A stretch of DNA of 64,000 nt from Oligoflexia bacterium (lineage in GTDB: Bacteria > Bdellovibrionota > UBA1018): assembly GCA_023701205.1 (NCBI GenBank), contig JAMPXJ010000012.1, positions 8,797-72,796 on the forward strand. The letters are read 5' to 3'. Both the position numbers and the translations under genes were made by a program. This document shows, piece by piece, positions 18,473-27,521 of the stretch. The notes under the pieces were generated by a model, which did not search any database, was not told the origin of the DNA, and saw nothing but the letters and a program-made list of their open reading frames with translations. Within the stretch, counting starts at the first letter, position 1; each line of letters starts with the position of its first letter.

Positions 18473-20194
18473 AGGCTGATCCCCTTTCCCCTGGTCTGGC
18501 ACGGTTCTTAAGGTGAGGCAATAGGTTGTTCCATTTCTTTGCGGCGTCTCCGAAAGGGGCTCGTAAAGGCTCAGCGAGCCGCCATGGGTCTCCACCAGGC
18601 GGCGGGTGAGGCGGAGGCCGAGGTGCCCCGGGGATTGGGCCGAGGAGCCGAAATTCAGGGTCATCTCCTCGTACTTCTCCTTCGAAAGGCCCGTGCCGTT
18701 GTCGCTAAGGAGCATCACGGCCCGGCTCGATTCCCGTTCGAGCAGCGAGATGCGGAGCTGCGGAGAGGGGATTCGGTTGGAGAGCAGATTCTGGATGCTG
18801 TTGCGGTACAGGTTATCCAGGATCTGGATCAGATCCACGCGTTGGATGCGGAAGCTCAGATCCCTCACGGCCGGATCGAGATCGATCGCCACCTGCAGGA
18901 ATTCCTTGGGCGCGAACTGCGCCTCGAGCAGTCGCAGCACGTGAACGTGCGCGTCGAAATAGGTGACGCCGACGGGATTCTCCTCAGGGTTTTTCAGGCG
19001 CGCGCGGAGGGAGGTCACCAGGTCCGCCGCCTTCTGTACGTTGGCCGAAAGATGGTTGAGATACGTCTTGCGTCGCTCGGGATCGACCTGGTCCGCGAGC
19101 TCGTTAACACAGAATCTCGCCACATGAAGCGGGCCGCTCAGATCGTGCGCGAGCCGTGCGGACATCTCGCCGAGCACCTGGTACCGGCTCTTTTCGGCCT
19201 CATGGCGGGCCAGGGAAGCGAGCTCCTGCTCGCTGATCCAGAGTCGGCGGATCAGGAGGTTGAAGCTGCGCTGTGGCCGCGCGACCAGCGGATAGGTATG
19301 GAGCGGGATCTGGCGCAGTCCCTTCTGATAATCGAGCTGGTCCATCTGGCGGAAGATCCCTTCGAAGCCCGAGACGATGTAGGAGCGGCCGAGCTGCCAG
19401 ATCCGGAGCAGGAGCGCGATCCCGGTGACGCCGATCAGGATCACGTCGATGGCGAGAGCCGAATGCATCCGCTGGCCGCCCGTCATGATCACCGTCATCT
19501 GGAGCGCCAGGGTGAAGCTGATGATGAGCGAAAGAAGCAGAAGCTCCGGATCGACCAGGGCGCGTTTCGGTGACGGCACCCGAACCCGGAGAAAAGCTTC
19601 CGAAAGATCGAAACGTTCGTGCAGCCGCGCCGTCAGCCCGGAGAGGAATCCGTGGCATTCCAGGAGCACCACTCCGTAAACGTAGGTGAAGACCATCAGG
19701 CCGATGGCGAGCTGGATCGCGGCGCGCGCGAGGGGCGAGGGCGGGAAGGTCCAGGTCAGGGTGATCAGCACGAATGCCGGAAAAGCCCGCGCGAAAGACG
19801 CGAGAAACATCAGGCGTCCCGCTTTGGCCGGAAGGGTCGCGAACGCTTCCAGGACCTGCGCCCGCTCCTCGTTCTTGAGTGCACCGAAGCTGTCCTCGCT
19901 CGCTCCGCGAAACGCCCGTCGCGTCTCCTCTGGATAGAGCATCAGGAAAATCCGCCCCAGGCTGAACCAAAGCAGCAGCCCCGCGGAGGCATCGAGGGCG
20001 ACGGCGGCCGCAAGCTGGGACAGGCTCGGCGAGAGCAGCACGTAAATCGTGCTGGCGAGAGCGAAATGGCCCAGGAGCATGCTGATGATGCTGAGCCGAC
20101 CGATCAGCCAGGGGAAAAGCGCCTGCGGCGCCGTCAAACGCGGCGAGGCAAGGCGGGAGGGCGATGATGTCGAGGCAGCTGGCAAGGGTCTCAT
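18470..20194 (-). CDS. membrane sensor histidine kinase
   Basis: Multiple N-terminal TM helices. HisKA H-box LAHDLSGPLHVARF. HATPase_c N/G boxes (LDNLYRNSIQN, SDNGTGL, GLGLRLTRRLVETHGGSLSL). Confidence 0.85.
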   Translation of the reverse strand: MRPLPAASTSSPSRLASPRLTAPQALFPWLIGRLSIISMLLGHFALASTIYVLLSPSLSQLAAAVALDASAGLLLWFSLGRIFLMLYPEETRRAFRGASEDSFGALKNEERAQVLEAFATLPAKAGRLMFLASFARAFPAFVLITLTWTFPPSPLARAAIQLAIGLMVFTYVYGVVLLECHGFLSGLTARLHERFDLSEAFLRVRVPSPKRALVDPELLLLSLIISFTLALQMTVIMTGGQRMHSALAIDVILIGVTGIALLLRIWQLGRSYIVSGFEGIFRQMDQLDYQKGLRQIPLHTYPLVARPQRSFNLLIRRLWISEQELASLARHEAEKSRYQVLGEMSARLAHDLSGPLHVARFCVNELADQVDPERRKTYLNHLSANVQKAADLVTSLRARLKNPEENPVGVTYFDAHVHVLRLLEAQFAPKEFLQVAIDLDPAVRDLSFRIQRVDLIQILDNLYRNSIQNLLSNRIPSPQLRISLLERESSRAVMLLSDNGTGLSKEKYEEMTLNFGSSAQSPGHLGLRLTRRLVETHGGSLSLYEPLSETPQRNGTTYCLTLRTVPDQGKGDQP

Positions 20195-20272
20195 GGGGCG
20201 CGGTTTCTACGAAATAACACATCTCGCATACTGGCTCCAATCGCGTAAGTTAATGATCCTGGAGGGTGGATA

Positions 20273-20926
20273 TTATTTTTTCAGAATGCTTTCGATCTTC
20301 TGAAGCAGTTCCTGAGAGGTCCAGGGTTTCGTGATCAGCGGCACCTCCGGACCAAGGGAGGTGAGTTCGAGAACCTCGCGGGGACTGTGTCCGCTGATGA
20401 GCAGAAAGCGGGTCTTCGGGCTGAGCTGCTGCAGGATCAGATAGAACTCGTCTCCGCTCACTTTGGGCATGACGACATCGGAGATCACCAGGTCGATGGG
20501 TTCGGAGCGCTTCTGGAAGAGATCGATGGCTTGTTCGCCGTCCTCGGCGGTCAGGACGCGATAGCCGCGCGCCTGGAGCACGCGCGCGGTGGCCTCCCGG
20601 AATTCCGCGTCATCCTCGATCATGAGGAGGGTGAAGGGCTCGCCGCTGGATTCAAGGATCACCGCTTCGAGCGCCTCGCCGCGCAGAAGGAAGGGCGCGC
20701 GGCGGATCCGCAGCCGGGTTCTTGCCGGGAGGTCTTCGAGGCGCCTCCCCAGGATCGCGTCAGATGCGCCGGAATGGCCCAGCAACGCGAGGGCTCCTTC
20801 GGTGGCCGATAATACGATTCCTTCCCGAGTCAGTACAAGGAGCGGAACAGCTGCGTCAAAGGTCATATCGGAATCTTGAGGCGCGAAGCCGCGTTTCGTC
20901 CAGGTTAAAGTTGCGGTTTTGTCCAA
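20273..20926 (-). CDS. response-regulator receiver protein with ~90-aa N-terminal domain of unknown function (no output domain)
   Basis: C-terminal REC domain LLMIEDD...DLVISDVVMP...LITKP. Confidence 0.7.
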   Translation of the reverse strand: MDKTATLTWTKRGFAPQDSDMTFDAAVPLLVLTREGIVLSATEGALALLGHSGASDAILGRRLEDLPARTRLRIRRAPFLLRGEALEAVILESSGEPFTLLMIEDDAEFREATARVLQARGYRVLTAEDGEQAIDLFQKRSEPIDLVISDVVMPKVSGDEFYLILQQLSPKTRFLLISGHSPREVLELTSLGPEVPLITKPWTSQELLQKIESILKK

Positions 20927-20948
20927 GGCGCCCTATCGTGGTTGCGCT

Positions 20949-21740
20949 ATGGAAACTCCCGTTCTCCCTGTCCTGGCCTTCGTTTTGAGCGGCGCCGCTT
21001 TATCGGGCTGTGCCCCGGATGTCTCTCTGTCTGATGAGATGCGAGGGAGCGTGGCACGGCTTTCCTTGCATGATTCGGGGCAGGGGTCGCAGACGTATGC
21101 GTACTCGGAGCAGGCCGAAGGCTTCTACTCGGACGGTCGATTGACCGATCCGGACGTCTTCCCGTTAGAAGGGGAGGGCTTCCTCAAGATCTTCCGTCCG
21201 CGGGATCGCGGTTGGACCACGCGAGGGCTGCTGGAGGTGATCACGGGGGCGGCGGCGGAGATTTTTCGTGCTTATCCCGATGGGGAGCGCCTTCAGATCG
21301 GCGATGTATCCGCTCATGCGGGGGGGCCATTGCCGGAGCATGCCAGTCATCAGAACGGGCTTGATGTCGATTTGGCCTACTACCGCATGAACCGGCAGGA
21401 GCAGGCGCCGGAGCTGACCTCGGGCTTTGCCGAACAGTTCGTCGGAAAAGGCGGAAGGGTATCCCGGAATTTCGATCTGGAACGCAATCATGCATTGGTG
21501 CGCGCCCTGGTGGCGACGGGAAGGATCAACCGCATCTTCGTCGACGCGGCACTCAAGAAGGCTTTCTGCGAGTTTTCGCGGGCCGGCGGGAATCTGGAAC
21601 GCGACGAGGAGGCCTTGCGCCGGCTGCGCCCCTGGCCCAAGCACGGGGATCATCTTCATGTGCGGATCCTCTGCCCGCCGAACAGCGTGAAATGTCTGGC
21701 GCAGGACGAGCCGCCTCCGGGCGCGGGGTGTGAGCTCTGA
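20949..21740 (+). CDS. mepA: penicillin-insensitive murein endopeptidase MepA-like (LAS metallopeptidase, M74)
   Basis: Signal peptide. Zinc ligand regions SHQNGLDVDL and HGDHLHVRI. ORF-track TTG at 20919 is an alternative start. Confidence 0.75.
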   Translation: METPVLPVLAFVLSGAALSGCAPDVSLSDEMRGSVARLSLHDSGQGSQTYAYSEQAEGFYSDGRLTDPDVFPLEGEGFLKIFRPRDRGWTTRGLLEVITGAAAEIFRAYPDGERLQIGDVSAHAGGPLPEHASHQNGLDVDLAYYRMNRQEQAPELTSGFAEQFVGKGGRVSRNFDLERNHALVRALVATGRINRIFVDAALKKAFCEFSRAGGNLERDEEALRRLRPWPKHGDHLHVRILCPPNSVKCLAQDEPPPGAGCEL

Positions 21741-22145
21741 TCAGCTGGAGGTCGGCTTCTCGCTGACGGTCTCGATCTCCTCGGCGGTCGCGACCTGAAG
21801 CGCCTGCGAAAGGTTGTCGCAGATTTCCTCCAGGCGGAGCACTCCGGCCTGGGCCATCTGGATTCTCAGGGCAGGGTGAATTCCGCTCATCCTGAGCCTG
21901 GCTTTACGTTCGTATACCGCTTTTTTGAGCCTTGCGATCGCGGGCCCGAACGACGGATCCATCGTCTCGGAAACGTCGCGGAAGTTCATGATGATGACCG
22001 AGGCCCCGGACCGGGCTACTTCCTGAAGGCATTCCTCAAAGGCGAGGGCGTTGTCTTTGACCAGAGGACCGATCAAAGTAACGATCAGAATGGAGCCTTT
22101 CTCGGAGAGAAAGAAGGTAAGCTTTTGAGGCATTTTCATGATCAT
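21741..22145 (-). CDS. STAS domain protein (anti-sigma-factor antagonist-like)
   Basis: 134 aa; STAS-like pattern with conserved Ser/Thr region ...IMNFRDVSETMD. Confidence 0.65.
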   Translation of the reverse strand: MIMKMPQKLTFFLSEKGSILIVTLIGPLVKDNALAFEECLQEVARSGASVIIMNFRDVSETMDPSFGPAIARLKKAVYERKARLRMSGIHPALRIQMAQAGVLRLEEICDNLSQALQVATAEEIETVSEKPTSS

Positions 22146-22252
22146 AAAAAAGTTACTCCGCTAACGTGCCGCATTAAATTAATTTTAAACGAAAACCGAT
22201 TTTAAAGTGTTAACTTAATTTACTTTTTAATTCCAGCGGTTAAACTGATTCA
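22146..22252. promoter_or_regulatory. AT-rich divergent promoter region between STAS gene and corA
   Basis: TTAAATTAATTTTAAACGAAAACCGATTTTAAAGTGTTAACTTAATTTACTTTTTAATT in a high-GC background. Confidence 0.45.
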
Positions 22253-23215
22253 ATGATCAAAACAGTCCTTGCGAAAGGTGCTGACGGGGTGGATGCGGGC
22301 AGGGTGGAATGGGTGGATGTGACCGCCCCGACTCCCGAGGAGCTCACCCGGATCGCGGCAGCCTATGGGCTGCATCCTTCGTCCGTACAGGACTGCCTCG
22401 ATCCGGCGCATCTTCCCAAATACGAGAGGATCGGGGAGATCGCCTTCATCATCGTCCGTGTGCATGACGACCAGGCTTTTTCGGAGGCGGATACGGTCCA
22501 GGAGCTGACCCGCAAGATCGCCGTTTTCATCGGCTCGGATTTTCTCCTCACCATCCACCGCAAGGATCATCCGCTGGTTGCCGACCTGCGGGAGAAATGG
22601 GGCGGAGTGCGGTCGTCCCGACCGGAGCACCTGCTCGACATTCTCGCGGACTTCTTCCGAAACGCGGTCTTCTCCTACGAAAAGCCCATCGAGCGCTGCC
22701 AGGAGCGCCTGGAGGACTTCGAGACCAAGATCTTTCGCTTCGAAAACGTCCATTCCTTCATCGAGGAGGGCTACTATCTGAAACGCAAAGCGTCCGTCTT
22801 CAAGAGGACGCTGCGTCAGACACTCGAGGTTTTTTCGCGGATTCCGGCCCTGCCCGGGCCGAACTCCCTTTCCCACGGCCCCCTCCTGCAGGATCTCAAG
22901 GAAAGCGCCGAACGGCTGCATATCGCCGCCGAGGATGTGCTGGAGAACGTCAACAGCCTGCTGAACCTCCATCTCGCGCTGGCTTCGCACAAGACCAACG
23001 AGGCTTCGCATCGGACCAACGAGGTGATGCGGGTGTTGACGCTGTTCTCGGTGTTCTTCATGCCGCTCAACTTCATCGCCAGCATCTATGGAATGAACTT
23101 CGAGCATATGCCCGAGCTCCGGCACGCGTATGCGTATCCGGGCGTGCTCCTGGGGATGCTCGCGGTCGCGCTCGGCATCTTCGTGTGGTTCCGGAATCGG
23201 GGCTGGCTGAAATGA
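22253..23215 (+). CDS. corA: CorA family magnesium/cobalt transporter
   Basis: C-terminal two TM helices with YGMNF (GMN) motif: FFMPLNFIASIYGMNFEHMPEL. Confidence 0.85.
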   Translation: MIKTVLAKGADGVDAGRVEWVDVTAPTPEELTRIAAAYGLHPSSVQDCLDPAHLPKYERIGEIAFIIVRVHDDQAFSEADTVQELTRKIAVFIGSDFLLTIHRKDHPLVADLREKWGGVRSSRPEHLLDILADFFRNAVFSYEKPIERCQERLEDFETKIFRFENVHSFIEEGYYLKRKASVFKRTLRQTLEVFSRIPALPGPNSLSHGPLLQDLKESAERLHIAAEDVLENVNSLLNLHLALASHKTNEASHRTNEVMRVLTLFSVFFMPLNFIASIYGMNFEHMPELRHAYAYPGVLLGMLAVALGIFVWFRNRGWLK

Positions 23216-23257
23216 TTTTGGCGTGACGCCCAATTCGGGGTCTGCTACTGGAATTTC

Positions 23258-24391
23258 ATGAGATTCACCATCCGTAGGGAGCCTTTGCTGGACGCGCTCG
23301 TTCGCGTTCAGTCCTCGGTCGAGCGAAAGAGCCCGGTAGCCGTCCTGGGCAGCCTTCTTTGCGAAGTCAGCGCCGAACGTCTTTCGGTTTTCGGTACCGA
23401 TCTGGAGATCGGGATGCGGACCCGCGTAGCGGTGGCCGATGCCCTGCCCGGGCGGGTCGCCCTCGGCGCGCGAAGCCTGCTGGAGATCGTGCGCGAGCTG
23501 CCGTCTCAGGCGGAGCTCCGGGTCTCGCGCAAGGAGAACGGTTGGGTGGAGATCGCCTCGGGACCGTATCGTTTCGATCTTCTCGGCATGGCCCCGCAGG
23601 AATACGCTCCCATCACGTACCTGCCCTCCTTCGAGGAGAAGTCGTATTTCCCGGTACGGCCCGCGGCGCTTTCCGAGATGATCGACAAGACGGTTTTCGC
23701 GCTTTCGACGGATACCGCGCTTTATCATCTCAATGGCGTGCTCCTTGAGGAATGCCCGGGCGGCGCGCGGATGGTGGCGACCGATACCTACCGACTCTCC
23801 TATGTGGGCAGCGAGCTTTTCTTGGAGAGTCCGCGGGAAAGCGGAAAGGCCGCGAGGCCCCTCGCGAACGTGATCATTCCCAAGAAAGGCCTGGTCGAGC
23901 TGCGCAAGCTCCTCGAAGGCGCCGGGTCGGCCGGGCTCGCGTTCGAGCGCGGGCAGCTTTATGCGCAGGTCGGTGACACCTATCTTTTCGTGCGCCTCAT
24001 CGAAGGCGAGTACATCGACTACCGCCGGATCGTTCCGACCGAGACCGAGCACACCGTGGTGCTCGATCGCGAACGCTTCGCGGCCGATCTGCGGCGGATC
24101 AGCCTGCTCGCGCCCGAGAAAACCCGGAGCATCCGATTGTCGCTCGGGCAGGGGAGGATGGAGATCGCCTGCAGCAATTCCGAGCTGGGCGAAGCACGGG
24201 GTCTGCTCGAGGTGGATTATTCGGGCGAGAAGCTGGAGATCGGCTTCAACGCACGCTACCTGCTCGAGTATCTGAATGCCTCGCGAAGCCCTGAGGTCGA
24301 GCTCAGCTTCAAGAGCCGCCTGAGCGCCGCGATCCTTCGGGATCGAGGACGGCAGGATCAGGCTTATGTCTTGATGCCGATGCGGATTTAG
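23258..24391 (+). CDS. dnaN: DNA polymerase III beta subunit (sliding clamp) homologue
   Basis: Collinear similarity to DnaN: MRFTIRREPLLDALVRV..., GTDLEIGMRTRV, YHLNGVLLE, ATDTYRLS, GFNARYLLEYL. 377 aa. Confidence 0.85.
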   Translation: MRFTIRREPLLDALVRVQSSVERKSPVAVLGSLLCEVSAERLSVFGTDLEIGMRTRVAVADALPGRVALGARSLLEIVRELPSQAELRVSRKENGWVEIASGPYRFDLLGMAPQEYAPITYLPSFEEKSYFPVRPAALSEMIDKTVFALSTDTALYHLNGVLLEECPGGARMVATDTYRLSYVGSELFLESPRESGKAARPLANVIIPKKGLVELRKLLEGAGSAGLAFERGQLYAQVGDTYLFVRLIEGEYIDYRRIVPTETEHTVVLDRERFAADLRRISLLAPEKTRSIRLSLGQGRMEIACSNSELGEARGLLEVDYSGEKLEIGFNARYLLEYLNASRSPEVELSFKSRLSAAILRDRGRQDQAYVLMPMRI

Positions 24392-24401
24392 TTCTCCGCG
24401 G

Positions 24402-24543
24402 GATGACACCCCGATGCTTAGCCCCACACCTCCCGCTCGCGTGGGGGGCCTTCCTGGCCCACACCCTACCCACGCTTCGCCATCCTGGCTTCGCGAGGGA
24501 TAACGCTCGGAGAGCGTGTGGGGCTAAGCATCGGGGTGTCATC
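24402..24543. repeat. 142-bp element bounded by a 28-bp perfect inverted repeat (GATGACACCCCGATGCTTAGCCCCACAC ... GTGTGGGGCTAAGCATCGGGGTGTCATC) with 86-nt spacer; MITE-like or large terminator/structured RNA
   Basis: Arms read directly at 24402-24429 and 24516-24543; begins 10 nt after the dnaN stop. Confidence 0.8.
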
Positions 24544-24715
24544 AGGCTTGAGTCGAAGTCATATGACCGGAAGGCTTCATCATTGACGTCAAGGTCTCTT
24601 GGTTAGGCTCTGTTCGGCGAATCACAGCTAGCCCAGGATCATCCCCAATTTGGGTATTCGCGATCCGGCGACTAAGGCGACTTGCCTTCGTTTTCGGCTG
24701 CATTAAACCAAAGGC

Positions 24716-25392
24716 ATGAAAAAGGCAGCCTGGTGGGTGATTTGGAATTTGGTTTGTGCAGATTTCATTTCTCGTCTAATGCCGAAGAACGTCTTTGGAT
24801 TTGCGTTGATCATGTGGATGCCGGCACTCTCGACCTTCGCTTTCCTTATGGCCGAGAAGGCGCCTGTCAAGGCCGGCATCAACTGGGGCATCGGCTCTGC
24901 CAAATCTTATTTTCTGGCGTTCTCCTATTGCGTGGCCGTGGCTCTCGTTTCGGTTACGGCAGGGTTAGGTACCGGACATCTGAAACTCGTTGATCAACAT
25001 AGCGTCGGTTACATGAGTGCAGTCTTGACGTTGATGGTCTGGGTTGCAGCATCTCTCGGTGAAGAAATCGGCTGGCGGGGGTACCTACATAATCATCTCT
25101 CTCATCTCCGACATGCTCCACTTATCATCGGTATCGTCTGGGGTGGCTGGCATTATCGTGGAATGATTGCGGCACAGCAGACAGCCATCGAGTTGATCGT
25201 ATTCACCATGATCACGGTTTTTGTGAGCTACTTTCTTTCTTGGCTTGTCAATAACGGCGGCTCGGTTTTGAGCTGTGCTTTCTGTCATGGAGTTTGGAAT
25301 TTTCTTCGGAAGGCGCGTTTGGACTCCTCGGTGTCATTCTCTTGTCCGTCCCAGTTCTCGTTCTTTGGTATTGCAAGCCCTCACGGAAGTAA
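24716..25392 (+). CDS. CPBP family intramembrane glutamic endopeptidase (CAAX protease/Abi-like); apparent frameshift at T-run ~25300-25303 (possible pseudogene or sequencing error)
   Basis: Motifs EEIGWRGYL and HGVWNF. Clearly lower GC than neighbours. ORF-track frame runs to 25546, overlapping the convergent astacin gene by 139 nt with a non-hydrophobic tail. The -1 frame after the T4 run encodes a hydrophobic helix AFGLLGVILLSVPVLVLWY and stops at 25390-25392. Confidence 0.5.
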
Positions 25393-25407
25393 GTTCGGAA
25401 AAGCCTC

Positions 25408-26379
25408 TTACAGGCGGAACAGGCGGCGCAGGCGCTGCAGATCGCCGGGGCTCAGGCCGTTGATGATGGGATTGATTTGCTCGCCCGGATTGAGCGCGCG
25501 GAAGGTGGGCTGGCCCTTGCGGCGGGCGAAGGCGTCGGGGGAGTAAAGCATCGCGGAGCGGAAGTCGAAAGGCGTGTCGCGTTGCGCCTCCATGAAAGCG
25601 TCGGGCACCTGCGCGAACTGGCCGTGGAATCGGTCTTCGATATTGTCCCAAAGGATCTCCACGTAACGGTCGCGATCGCGCCGGGACTGCTCGTGAACGA
25701 AACCCAGCGCATGCATGACCTCATGCACGATCTGCGACCACTGGCATTCGGCTGAAAGGCGGATCGGCTGCGCGCCGCCGATCCGACCCAGATAGGAGTA
25801 GCAATGCTCCTCGCCGGGCTCGAAGACGATCACGTCCGGCTGGCCCTGGTAAGCCACGAATGAGAGCGGCGTCTCCGAGCGGAAGTATTCGAGCGCCCGC
25901 TCGACGCGCTCGGGATTGGGAAGCGATGGATGAATGAGATAGGGAATCACCGGCTGATCCCAAAGCTGCGGAGGGGCCGCTTCGGTATGACCTTTCTTGA
26001 ATGGGATGTCCGAATCCGGCCTGCCAAGGATCAGATCGCCTTGCGCGATGGCGAGCCCATTCACTACCTCGAATTCGATGATGTTGCCCTGGGGCGCCGC
26101 CCGCTCGGCGGAGGAAGGCCGGTGACCCGAGGCGGGAAGATTGACGACTCTTCCGCGCGTAACGGGAACGGCGGCAGGACGGGAGGCGACCGCAGGAATC
26201 GAAGTCGCGGCGGAGGTGCCGGCATCCGGGACCGAGGGGGAAGTTCGATCAGCTTCGGAATCCACGAGGCGCTGGCCGAGCCCGAAGCCCCCGATCAGGA
26301 CGATTCCGATGGCGCCGGCTCCGAGGAGATGTTTTGCGTTCACCTGCCTAGAATGGCTCTGTCTCTCGGCGAGCGTCAA
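25408..26379 (-). CDS. astacin-family zinc metalloprotease (M12A)
   Basis: HEVMHALGFVHEQSRRDRDRYV (HExxHxxGxxHE) and Met-turn SAMLY. N-terminal hydrophobic anchor or signal. Confidence 0.8.
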   Translation of the reverse strand: MTLAERQSHSRQVNAKHLLGAGAIGIVLIGGFGLGQRLVDSEADRTSPSVPDAGTSAATSIPAVASRPAAVPVTRGRVVNLPASGHRPSSAERAAPQGNIIEFEVVNGLAIAQGDLILGRPDSDIPFKKGHTEAAPPQLWDQPVIPYLIHPSLPNPERVERALEYFRSETPLSFVAYQGQPDVIVFEPGEEHCYSYLGRIGGAQPIRLSAECQWSQIVHEVMHALGFVHEQSRRDRDRYVEILWDNIEDRFHGQFAQVPDAFMEAQRDTPFDFRSAMLYSPDAFARRKGQPTFRALNPGEQINPIINGLSPGDLQRLRRLFRL

Positions 26380-26474
26380 GCAAAGAGCGGCTGTGCGGGC
26401 GGCCTTGGCGCGGGTGCTTTCGCAGGGTTGCGCCCAAGTTGCGCGAAAGCGGGCAATCGTGCGAGGTTGTCTCC

Positions 26475-27521
26475 ATGGCCGTAGATCTCTTTTCGACCGT
26501 GCAACCGGGCTTCGAGGAGGCGCTCGAGCAGGATATCCGCCACCTTTTCGATGGCGGGGAGATCCTGGAGTCGCTGCCGGGCTGGCGTGTCTTTCGGCTG
26601 GAGGGGGGCTCGGAGCTGGAACGCTTTTACGGGCCGCCTTCGAGCTTCTCGCGATCCTGGGGGATCGCGCTCGGCCGAGGGAAGCCGCCCCTGGAACGGC
26701 TCACGGAGCCATTCGTGCTGCAGTGCTGGGCGCGCAGGGAGTTTCCCCCCGGAGCGAGGGAAAAGCGCGTGGTTCCGATCGAGGTGGAGCTTCGAAACGA
26801 AGCCCTGCGACGGGAGTTTCGGGACTCGGGGCTGCCCCTCCTCGAGGGCGCGCTCCCGGTGCAAGCGGGAACTCTCGTGCTCGACGCGATCCGGCTGCGC
26901 CCCGGGGATTGGGTCTGGGGGATTCATCTTCACGCTCCCATTCGAGTGCCGCATCCGGGGGGAGAGCTGCCCTGGCCCGCGCAGGAGGTTCCTTCGCGCG
27001 CGTACCTCAAATGCGAGGAGGCGATCCGGGTGACGGAGATGCCCCTCTCGCCCGGCGAAACGGTTCTTGAGCTGGGTTCGGCTCCGGGTGGGGCGCTGCT
27101 GGCCCTTCTGGAGCGAGGCTTGGATGTGATCGCGGTCGATCCCGCGGAGCTCGCTGGCCCGGTTGAGAGCTTCGCGCGCGCGAACGGCCGCAGGCTCACG
27201 CATCTCAGGAGGCGCGCCGAGGCTCTTCACATCGCCGACCTGCCCGCGCGCGTGGACTGGCTTTTTTCGGACATGAACGTCGCGCCCGAGGAGCTGCTGG
27301 TTTGGGTCGATCGCTGGCTGCCGGAGCTTCAGGCACGCGGGCTGCGCGCGGCGTTCCTGACCCTGAAGCTCACGGATCGCGCCTTCATTCAAGGATTGCG
27401 CGAGCTGGCCGCGCGCAAGCGCGCCTGCTGGGGCGCCTCGGGCGTGCTGCTCCGCCAGCTTTCCCAGAACCGCAAGGAGATCCTGTTGCACGCCGCCTTC
27501 GGTCCGAAGGGCGGAACCTGA
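26475..27521 (+). CDS. FtsJ-fold RNA 2'-O-methyltransferase, RlmM-like (THUMP-like N-terminus + SAM MTase)
   Basis: SAM motif LELGSAPGG; ~350 aa two-domain layout similar to RlmM. Start at ATG 26475 (MAVDLF). Confidence 0.6.
   Translation: MAVDLFSTVQPGFEEALEQDIRHLFDGGEILESLPGWRVFRLEGGSELERFYGPPSSFSRSWGIALGRGKPPLERLTEPFVLQCWARREFPPGAREKRVVPIEVELRNEALRREFRDSGLPLLEGALPVQAGTLVLDAIRLRPGDWVWGIHLHAPIRVPHPGGELPWPAQEVPSRAYLKCEEAIRVTEMPLSPGETVLELGSAPGGALLALLERGLDVIAVDPAELAGPVESFARANGRRLTHLRRRAEALHIADLPARVDWLFSDMNVAPEELLVWVDRWLPELQARGLRAAFLTLKLTDRAFIQGLRELAARKRACWGASGVLLRQLSQNRKEILLHAAFGPKGGT

Noticed and set aside
20919-20948. upstream TTG start for mepA and other alternative long starts (MoxR 8378, RR 18521, FabG 16109, cmk 37578)
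   Set aside because: The longer forms overlap upstream genes or lack RBS. Internal starts coincide with signal peptides, RBS motifs or domain boundaries.
22250-24427. 725-aa minus-strand ORF spanning corA and dnaN
   Set aside because: The + strand encodes unmistakable CorA (GMN motif) and DnaN. The minus-frame product is low-complexity.
24309-24606. mirror-image small ORFs (MTPRCLAPH...) on both strands
   Set aside because: They arise from the 28-bp inverted repeat arms, hence identical N-termini on both strands. Not coding.
24716-25546. ORF-track extent of CPBP gene to 25546
   Set aside because: The tail overlaps the convergent astacin gene by 139 nt and lacks the expected terminal TM helix. 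The -1 frame after the T-run gives a proper helix and an earlier stop, so a frameshift is more plausible.
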